Source: an uncultured virus (IMG/VR IMGVR_UViG_3300020050_011573) (Duplodnaviria; Heunggongvirae; Uroviricota; Caudoviricetes). Taken from it: a stretch of DNA of 64,000 nt. Shown here piece after piece: positions 37,948 to 48,100 of this stretch (position 1 is its first letter; each line of letters starts with the position of its first letter). Below the pieces are notes generated by a model. That model made no database searches and was not told the origin of the DNA. It worked only from the letters and a program-made list of their open reading frames with translations. The DNA is taken from the IMG/VR virus record IMGVR_UViG_3300020050_011573, one strand, 5' to 3'. The position numbers were made by a program, and so were the translations under genes.

Positions 37948-39081
37948 CTAAAATCTGCCGCCGTTGGACAGATTTGTTCCGGTAAAGCCCGGAGTGTAAT
38001 CCTGTTGAATGGTTACCAAAGAGGCTCGCAAAGCTTGTTCAGCGGGGTCAGAGGAAGCTTTTGCCGCGGCGTACAATGCGTCTGTGAGGATCACATCCGT
38101 ACCCATCGAGCCTTGCAAATTGGCCTGGACCGTTCGGGGCGATCCTGTCATGCCTGCTGATGTGACAGTGATTGTCATCTGTCCGTCAAGCACGACTGAG
38201 CCAACAATGGTTTGGGTTTCGACTTGCTGAACCGGAGCAACACCAGCGGTTGTATCCGCCGAAGTCGCAGCCGTGGTGATACCGGAAGCCGTCCCGGTCG
38301 CCAGGGCGATATTGAGAGTGCCGTCATTCGCAGCCGGCGTAATTCTCGTAAGGACGATTGCCGTTGTTGAGCCACCAACGGAATAAAGCGCAGAAATTGC
38401 GGCGTTTGCAGCAATCGCAGCACGAACTTTTGCGGCCCATACCGTGGGAGTATCCCCATTGAGGACGGCGACGGCCAGCGTAATCGGCGATCCAGTAATC
38501 CCGGCACCAGTGATAACAACCGCTGCATTTCCATCACCAGAAACCGAGCCTGCCGCAGTTGCCGTTTCAACCTGCGCTACGCCGAGAACGCCGGAAGTCG
38601 TATCCACCGAACTTGAGTCATCGGTCAATCCTGAACCCGGATAAGAGGCGTAAGCAATGTTGAGCGTGGCGTCATTTGCGGCGCCGTTTGTGTCGCGCAG
38701 GGTCAGTGTGACGTTTGCACCTGTCCCCCCCACAATGAACTTGGCAACGATCACCGCATCATTATTGAGCGCCGTGCGAACTCGGGCAGCAACCGCAGTT
38801 GCATCATCCCCACCTTCGACGCCAGAAACGGCGGAAATGGGTTCGAGTTCTTTGATGAGATTCCGAATGTGGAAAAAATCGCTCGTATGGAGTCCGCTTG
38901 CGTAAACGTTCTGGGTGTCAACCAGAGTACGCAAGGCAGCCAGCACAGTTCGCGCGTTGGCAGGAGAAGCGTTTTCAATGGAATTTCGGACTCCAAGAAC
39001 GCCGTTTAGAACTTGAAGGCCAGCGATTACCGGACGAAGGCGGAATTCGGCAACGCCACGATGCGCAGTGATGATACCCAT
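37948..39081 (-). CDS. Virion decoration-like protein with repeated beta domain
   Basis: Repeated QVET.T..GSV..G...T.AG.TGSP and AANDxTLNIA units. Confidence 0.6.
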   Translation of the reverse strand: MGIITAHRGVAEFRLRPVIAGLQVLNGVLGVRNSIENASPANARTVLAALRTLVDTQNVYASGLHTSDFFHIRNLIKELEPISAVSGVEGGDDATAVAARVRTALNNDAVIVAKFIVGGTGANVTLTLRDTNGAANDATLNIAYASYPGSGLTDDSSSVDTTSGVLGVAQVETATAAGSVSGDGNAAVVITGAGITGSPITLAVAVLNGDTPTVWAAKVRAAIAANAAISALYSVGGSTTAIVLTRITPAANDGTLNIALATGTASGITTAATSADTTAGVAPVQQVETQTIVGSVVLDGQMTITVTSAGMTGSPRTVQANLQGSMGTDVILTDALYAAAKASSDPAEQALRASLVTIQQDYTPGFTGTNLSNGGRF

Positions 39082-39184
39082 AATAGTTTCCCATTTCCCC
39101 CAATACCTCCAAGTTGTTAATAGCACAAGGAATAGTTGCCGTGCAAATTATTCCCTAGATTTTTGCATTTTGCGAAAAGTGTCT

Positions 39185-42100
39185 CTAATTGTTTCGGTTC
39201 AAGCTTTTGAAAATTTGATCTTCCAAAACTTCATTATCAACCACATCCGGAGGCTGATAATCCCGCTTCGAACTTTCAACTTGAGCGCGGAAACGGTTCA
39301 TTCGACCGTAATACGATGAAATTGCCTTTTCCTGCTCGTATTCGCTCAATTGCTGAAACTGAGCATTCCCTTTGAGTCGTTCAAGTCCAACCTGAATCCA
39401 GGCGCGAACCATGCGATCATCCTGCACATCCTCATCAGGAATTCGGGAAAGCCGTTCGATTCCATCTTTGCTGATTTCCTGCTTCAGCAAAGCTTTTAGC
39501 CGCTCTTTCGGTTGGCCCGCCATGTTTGGATCGTCCGAAAACCTATTGATTGCCCGTTCCTGATTGGAGATATGATCTTTTACCCGGCGTTGATAAACCC
39601 GTTCGTCCTCATCTGGCTTACGGTCTGGGAACCCAGGGTCAAGATCAAACTCAGCCAATTTCTGACGGGTCGGCTTTGAATATTCAGGCCGATCGTAATC
39701 TTGGACACCCAAACCCAAAAACTCAAAAGGAACGATCTGACCGGTTTTTATCAACCCCTTCAAATGGTCGGCCTCATCGTCCAGCAACGTGCCACCCTTA
39801 TAGCCTTTGATGTACGCTTCCACTGTGTTCGACCACATCAGAGGAAGCGCCAGCGAAAACACAGGGTCTTGCACCAGTTCAGCCGCAGACAAAGCATATT
39901 CACCCTCTTTGGCCTTACCCCAGAATTCTCCCGGCTTATGCGTTTCGCCAGTGACCTTTTTCCAGTTATTAAGCCAGTCCACAAAGAAACCAGGCACAGG
40001 CGCCAGCTTGGTTCGAGCAAAGCGCAATGCCTCTTTCGTTGTTTCCGTGCTGAGCTTATTCAGCTTCTTTTCATCCTCTTCGGCCCCACGAGATTTGATC
40101 CATTTGCCAATCTGAATGGCCAGCCGTGCAACTTGCTGAACGCCAGCCAGAACGTCATAGCGAGTTGTGCCAAAGCGCAATTTGAGGAAGTCGGCATCAT
40201 CGTCATCAAATGAGATTGTCGCTCCAGCCGCCTTTGCCAGCGCACCGGTAGCCATCAGCGCAGCCGCTACCGTAAACATTTCTGACATCTGCCGCACAAA
40301 GACGGCTCGCCGCGCTGGAGTCTTTAAGTTTTTGGCATACGTCATCGGATTGATTATCTGAAAACGACTGTAAACATAACGAGGCGACCAACCGAAAACA
40401 TTCAAAAAGGGAATCGCTTTGTCCTTCATGAATGTGCCGTATTTTCCGTTGCCAAAATGCGCTCGGCCAGACGTTTTATTGATCCACTCCGCTGCCGCCT
40501 GCATACTTTCAAAGCGTTCACGAGGGTCTTTGAAGTTTTTCAATGCGCTTCTGCGATAAATATCAAAAATCTCAATTCTCATTGAATCAAGGAGTGTTGC
40601 AAAAGCACGTTCCGCCATCCGAATGCCAGGAATCTTCCCGGCGAGACGAGTCCCAAAGTTCTCTTCGTCAATGTTTAATGGATCATCACCACTAAACTCC
40701 AGTCCAGTAGCTTTCGCATCCCGATAAGCTGGATGCCGTTTCAGCCATTTTACGAATTTTTCAAACTCGGATTTTTTCAGGGACTTCAGTTGCCGTACAA
40801 ATGATTTGCCGCCCTTCACCGGATGTGGGACAGACATATAAAACCCTTGTCGCAGCGTTGCAGAAAGGTCAAATGTTGCCCGCAATGCCTTTGGAACGTT
40901 GATAATGTCACTGGCATTATCCCAGTAAAATTTCCATCCTCTTTTGGGTTTACCATCTTTCCCAAAGAGGCTTTCCTGTTCAGGATCACGCGCAAACTCT
41001 CCCGGCTCGTTCGGTTCCGGTCCTTCTCTGCCATCAAATAAACGCTGAGGACCGCGTGGAGGCTTCCCGCCACCCGCTATGTCAGCTTCGGGCGAGGGCG
41101 CGGCCTCACCGGGATCTCTGACGTTTTCACGGTTGAGTCCCCCAGGGAGGACTTGTTGCGGCCCGCTGATTTTCTCGCTCCCTTCAAACGGCGCGTCAAT
41201 ATCCGCCCGCTGAACTTGTTCTTTGCTGTCTTCTTGTCCTTTTTCATCAGGCCGGCGTACTCTTTTGCCGCTTTCGCCAGGGGCGCGAGGTCCGTTGGTT
41301 CCGGCTTCTTTGGCTTCACGTTCTTGTCGAATTCTTTCTGCAAGGCGTTCTTTAGCATTTAACTTTGCCTCCTTTGCTGGTTGTAGTAATCGGTCAAATT
41401 TGTTGAGTGCATCAATCCCGTGCTTTTCAGCAACCTTTTCAAAATAACTGGCCAGCCATTCCGCAGCCTGTTGATGGTCGGCTTCCGTCCTGATACCCAG
41501 GTCATCATACTTGCCCGCTGCAATCTTTGTCGCCGCTTCCGCTGCAATGGTTTCTGGATCATCCCGATAGCCCTTTTGCACAAGAGCCTTACGGTATTTT
41601 CCGTACCCTTTTGAGGACTGCGCCCATGATGCTCCCACAAGGGCGACGGATTGTCCGTCAACTTCAATCTGTGACCAGTGAAAACCTTCTTCACGAATGT
41701 CGGCCTTGAAGCCTTCAACGGCATCTCGCCGATCACTGGGAATCTCCGCCTGATGACGTTCTTCAAATGGTGTGACGTCCACAACGCTAAAACTTTTCTG
41801 AGTCTTATTCTTCAGAAGTTCACGAAGCGCACCGGACAAGGCTTTCAAGCCTACTTGATATTCGGGCGTTGCCCCGGGAATCTCTTTCTCCAAATAACTC
41901 GCCAGCGCATTGACTTCAGCCCGACTCAAATTCAATCCCGTCAATTGACTGTAATCAGATTGATAAAGTTCGGTGAGAGCAGCACCAAAGATCACCCGCG
42001 CATGGTCGTTGATGAACATTCGAGCGCCACGGCTTCCACGATCCTTGATGATCGTCTGTTGATAAAGCAGGGTATCCATCAAGTTTGCCAGATCACGCAC

Positions 42101-45100
42101 TTTCGGTTGACGCAATGATGCGGCTGGATAGGTTGCATACTGATCCCGTACTTCATCCGACAAGCTGATAGCATTGTAAATCTGCTTGCCATCGGTCACA
42201 TACGCCGCTTTTTCTTCCGTTGTCAGGCTCGACGGATGATCATGCGCAAACAGCGTAACACTCCCTTTTTCGGCCTCACTCAAAATAAAAGCGTCAAATT
42301 GTGCTTTATCGGAGAATTGATCTTTCAATGCTTCTCGCACTCTTGCTGTGGACGTTATCACTGAATGACGCGAAGAAGGAGGATTGGCAATCTCAACCAT
42401 TGTGCGCGCCAACATAGTTGATTTGTTGTCCCCCAGGGAAGCCGCTGGCCCTTTCTTTGCTAACCGTCCCGGTTCACTGCTCTGCTGACCAATTACACGA
42501 GCATCAGCAATCCGTTTCCGGCCAGGAGTTGGCCCAGTAAAAAATTGCGTGTACGAATGGTCAGGAAGTCGCTTCTCAACAAACAACTTTTGCCGAGTTT
42601 CTTCTTCCAGCTTGGCAACCATCACATTAGCTTCGGCACGGCTGAGATTATCCGCAAGGACGACATCAACCCCGTCTTTTGTCCGACCATAAACCGTTGT
42701 TCTGCCCAGTGCCGCCGCAGGTCCCATCGAACGCTGTTTTTCAAGAATTGCCTTTGCTTGATCTTTCTGTTTACCAGAAACCTGAAGCGTAACGCCCTTC
42801 TCTTTCAAATGATCAAAGACCGCCGGCAAGTCTGACCGATCAAAAGTAGCTTTCATCAAGCCAGAACCTTTGACAAACTGGCCCGTCAGTTTGATCAAGT
42901 CCTTATCGAGGAAATACTTGCCGCCCAGTGCTTTCGAGGATGGAACAGTGATATTTACTCCAAAGCCGCGAGGATCAAGCTGTAAAGTCAATTCCTGCTT
43001 TGCGTCCTGCACTCTCCCCCTGTGGACTTCATCAAGGAAAGTTGTGACTTGAGCCGCGGTCAACAAATCCACTGGCATTTCCGCCATCACTTGAGCTGCG
43101 TCAAAGTTGGTTGGAAGCAAAACGCCTTGTTTGACGTTACCATCAGCATCTGTGTAATTGAGGATTTGCCCCTTTGGAAGCTTTGCGAAACCTGAGACGA
43201 TGTTTCCCGTGACCATGTAACGGGTTTGCTTCTTGGTCCCTTGTGAAGCGTCAAATTCTGGCAGCATCGGGCGATATTCGAACATTCCCGTTTCTGGATT
43301 GAGTCTCGACACGTCGGGCGATTGGCCAGCCTTTAACGCGCCTTCTTTGCTGATCAAATCATTGAACCCGATCCGCAATTCCCGGCCATCCAGCACAGCG
43401 AGACGAATCACCCAACTGCTCAACGAGTATGGGTTTTTGGGCTTCCCACGCTTCTGCATATCCAGCACAACGCCTGAGACTGCGCCGGAGTCCGTGTTGA
43501 CCGTGATCATTGCGCCAGGCTGAGCCGCACGAGCAACCGCTCCCCAATGATTTGCCGTGGTGATAGCTTTCTGAATTTGCCCACTGACCGCAGCTTGTGT
43601 TTTTGCATCAGCTTGCGCGACATCGGTAGGAGTTAAAGACTTCTTGTAAACATCGTAAGCTTCCCGATTCTCATTGATGAACCGTGACACCTTAGCCCCA
43701 GCCGCCTGACGCACATCGGCCTCGCTCGCACTCTCTGACAGTCCAAGATTCTCCCGAACCATCGTTTTGACTTCAGCTGAGGTGTAAGCCTTCACCGTGC
43801 GACGTATCTTGACCTTCTCAATGTACGCTGGCTCGCTGAACGGGCTTCCCGGTATGCCTTCCGTCAAAATCTCTTTGCTGAGTGTTTCGGCTTTGAAATC
43901 TTCCGTTTTTGCTTCGAGCGGGTTTTCGCCCATCGCCTCTTTCTGAGCAAGAAAATCGGCATACTCGTTTTCGATTCGATCATACAAATCAGCCTGCTCA
44001 GCCAATGTCAGCAACGGAATCCGGCCCGACACTTTACGAGCAGCACCCTCCTTACTCAGTTCGTCACCATCCCAAACAAGAGGATCACCAAGCTTTTCAC
44101 TCAATTCAGCATCCTGACTCAGAATTCGAGCGATCACGACATCGCCCAATTCGTTCATAAAGTCACTGACACCTTCTGTCTGAACCGCTGATTTTCGGCT
44201 TGCTGTCGTGTTTGCTGACAGGCTGGCCATCTTCTTGAGCAAGACAGCCGCTGGCCTTTTCGACGCCGGCACATCCGCAATCATTTGAATATACCGCGGC
44301 AAAACTTCCTGTCCGGTTCGATTGATTCGCCCCAGCATCTGCATGTGGGTGTCAATATTCTTCTCAGCCTGCCAGATGATCATTAATCGCGGGCGAATAT
44401 CTTTTCCTTCATCTTTGGAAGCATGCAGAGAGATTCCCGTTGATCCTGCCTGATTGAGAATCATTGCGTCCAATCGGCCATTGTTGAAATCACCGATCAC
44501 CCGGCGACGGCCAGCAACCTTTGTATCCTGCGCTGATCTTGCCCGCAGAATTGGGACTGGCCCGCTCAAATCAACCTTTGTTGTTCGGCCCGTAATTTCA
44601 TCAACCTTGTAACCTGCCTTTTCGATCAATCGCCGAACCCGATCAATCGGTGAAATCGGAATTTCTGCAAACTCAGCCTCATTTACAAAATCTTCAACTG
44701 CCTCATAAGCCTCAACGCCCCTGAATCCAAGTTCGTCATCGGTCAATAGCCGACGAATCCGCTTTCCATTTCGATCTTTGATCACGACATCACGCGACCG
44801 GCGAACGTAACGCATCAACACGTCTTTGAAAGTCAGATCAACGGCATCACCAGGGGAAAGGCCAGCATCCTGTAGGAAGCTCTCCATCGTGTTTGAAACA
44901 GTCAGAACAGGTTTTTCACCCCGCTCAATCGCCTCAATCGCCTTCGCCGCCGCTTGATCCGCAGCCAGACCGAGTAGCATCTGATCTACAACGTTGTGCA
45001 TCAGGCTTGTGAAGTTGCTCGAATCAACCCCAGCCTGACCAATCGAGCCATCCTCACTGACCAAAGACGCAGTTTCTTTTGCCTCTTTCTTTAATTCCGC

Positions 45101-48100
45101 AACGGCTCTAGCTTTTGCCTTGTCGAACGCCACAATCAGACGCATTGCCGTACTGATGTTTTCGGCTTGACTCTTATCCACTTCCACGATTTCAGGATCA
45201 TATTTGATGCCGTCAAAAGTGCGTTCCCGGCGCATATACTGACCAGCTTCAGCCAATTTCGAAGCAACCACCTGTTGTAAGGCCACGCCCCCACGCTGGA
45301 ACAACTCCACAAGAGCATTGCCTGTCGTCCCAAGCTGGCCCAGGTCGGTTTTGCTGTACAGGTCCATAATGTCGGAACGCTTGGCATACGTTGCGCTCGA
45401 ATAGAAGACCGATCCAGCAGCTTTGACCAGTTCACGAAAGAACTTTGCGCGGCTTGGCTTCGGCTTGCTCCCACGTCCGCCGACAGCTTCACCACCGGCT
45501 GTGTGGGATTCATCCATAATCAGGACTCCGCCGCGAATCGCCGAACTTACCGCTCTGTGCCGTTCTTTGTTAAACAGTCCCTCAGAAGGATTCATCTGAT
45601 CATAAGTTGTGAAAACAGCGTCATAGCCCTTCAACTTGCCGGACATTCCAACCTGCTCAAGCACACCAATATGATCCGTGGGCGCTCGAAATACCTGCGC
45701 CTCTTTGGGCATTCCAGGGACTTTTTGGCCTTTCGCTTTCGCGTCCGCAGCTTCGTGCATCCACTCCGTTGCCGCAGCGTTAAGCGGAATCGTTTCCCCT
45801 GAATTGGTGATAAGCGGTCGAAACTCACTCAGTCCGATGTTTTTCAAGTCCCTGATCATGTCCGCGTACAAAGCGGGCTTTTGCGTCACAAAAACCGGCG
45901 TTTTACCGTTTTTGATGGCATATCGAATTACGGCCGCATTGATTCTTCCCTTGCCGATGCCTGTGTTGTGGTGAATCAGACCTTCTGCAACATAGTTCTC
46001 ATGTCCAGGCACCCACAAATCGTAAAAGTCGTTTCGGCCAATAAATTCAATTGATTCAATGCGCCGCCATCCAGTATAATCACCCAATGAAGATGACGCC
46101 TGAACGCTATCAAAAACTTGTTGCTGCAAATCAATCCCGGTCTGTTTCTGTGGACTTGGAAGAGTTGAAACAGATAATTGATGAAGCCAAACTTTCAATT
46201 CAGGAAACTGCTGAGCACTTTGGCGTGTCTGTTCCAACAATAACTCGCCGTATGCGAAAGCTTGGACTGAAATCGAAGAAAGGTCACGGCTCCCCAATGG
46301 AGAAAAACTATTTCTGGAATGGTGGTCGAATGACTGATGCTGATGGTTACATTCTTCTGAAACAGCCGGATCATCCATTTGCAACAAAGGCAGGTTATGT
46401 TCGGGAACATCGGCTTGTGATGGAAGAAAAGCTTGGCCGATACCTTCTTCCGACTGAAGTTGTCCATCATATTGATGCCCAGCACGACAATAACCATCCA
46501 GACAATCTTGAGGTTTTTTCGTCAAACGCTGAGCATCTTCGACATGAGTTAACGGGGAAAACTCCAAATTACACGCCGGACGGCCTTCGGCGGATGCGAG
46601 AAAATGCCCTGCGTGTAAACCAGCGCCGATACTCGACCATCCATCAGGAGTCAAAAACCGATGATGAGCCGTCACCGTGATTTTCCGGCCATCATCAAGA
46701 ACAACTTTGAATAAATCAGCCTCACCCTTCTTAAAAGGCGCAGACGCAAACACAGGCAATAAACCCGTCTTGGTCAACGCCAAAACCACAATCGGTAAAT
46801 TCCGTTCAGCCAAAATCTCAATCGGCGTATGCGTATTGGTCAGAGGATCATAAATTTTCGTTCCTGCCGCCACGCACTGATCCCCTATGACGAAGCCCTT
46901 TCCACGCTCAATGTTATCAACCGCCAGGGCAATCGCATCAACCTGTTCCGCTGAGAAATATTTGCTGACTTCATCAGGTTTGTAACCCAGCTTTTCAGCA
47001 ACATATTCATCCGGCGAGCCATGACGTTCCTCAAAGTTGGCCAACGCAGTTTTGACGGCGCCAGCCATATTGCGCGGCGTCATCACATTGAAAGACTTGG
47101 ACTTTGAAAGCGGCTCATAAGGAGAATGGGTATCACTTTCTTTTGGTTTGACAGGTTTTTGCTCAACTTTTGCCGATTCTTTCAATTCAAGATCGTAATC
47201 ATCTATCAAATTCCGATCTTTCATCTTCCGCCAGAACGGTTCTGATTCTGGCAAAACATCTCTTGCACTTACTGTTTTATAACGACTATTTAGCCATTCA
47301 ATCGCCTTTGTACCTAACCCACCTTTAGGGTTAAATACTCTGAAATCCTCAACTGTAAAAGTGCTACCATTTCTCTCTCCAATGATAGATATTCCCGGCC
47401 ACTCATAAACAGTTCTACTTTGACTGTTATAAATCGCTTCCCGCTGTTTTGGTTCGCCAATTCCTTTTGCCCGATCTTCGACAAAGCGAAGAATGTACGG
47501 CTTGCTTCGATCAATCGCGGCCAAGGCAGCATCGCCATATTCTTGTTTGAGATATTGAAGCAATGCCCGGATTGCCCCACGATCATCTAAGCCTTGAAAT
47601 TCACCAACAATTGATTCAAACAGAGGCTTGGCTTTTGCGTAAGTCGCTTCATCGAATTTCGGAGATGCAAGGGAAGCCGCTGGCCCAGGCTTTACCGGCT
47701 TATCGCCAAACAAGTCCATGAAGGCATCAGCTTTTTGTTTCAAACCTTGTTTTGCTGACTGCGTTTCTGTTTTAGGTTTTGTTGATGCAGGCGACTTAAC
47801 GCGAGGCTCTTTTACACTTGGCTTACTTTCTTTCCCTTGTCCCAAATCACGGGCAATGTTCTCCCGCTCTTCAGCGAAAATAGATTCCAGGTCATTAGTT
47901 TTTGGTTGTAATTCTTGAGCAATATTCTCGCGTTCTTCCGCGAAAATATCCTCTAACTCAGATGTTCGTCCATCCCCTGCGTCAGTTCGTCCACCCACTG
48001 TATCAGGCTGATCTTGTTGTAAATCTGAGCTAAATAGGTCTGGTTCAGCTTTTGTTTTGGCTGGCCTTCCTTCTTTCCGGGAACTCTTCCGGCCCGTTGG

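Larger units (their letters stand above)
45965..46876 (-). mobile_element. Intein (304 aa) in the helicase P-loop of the giant protein
   Basis: Interrupts GDQ|TGIGKGR; starts CVAAGTKIYD (block A), TVTAHH (block B), FYDLWVPGHENY (block F), ends IHHN with +1 Thr. Confidence 0.93.

Noticed and set aside
37948..39081. Possible contractile tail sheath
   Set aside because: Only a short repeated accessory-type domain; no tube, baseplate or tape-measure gene is visible.
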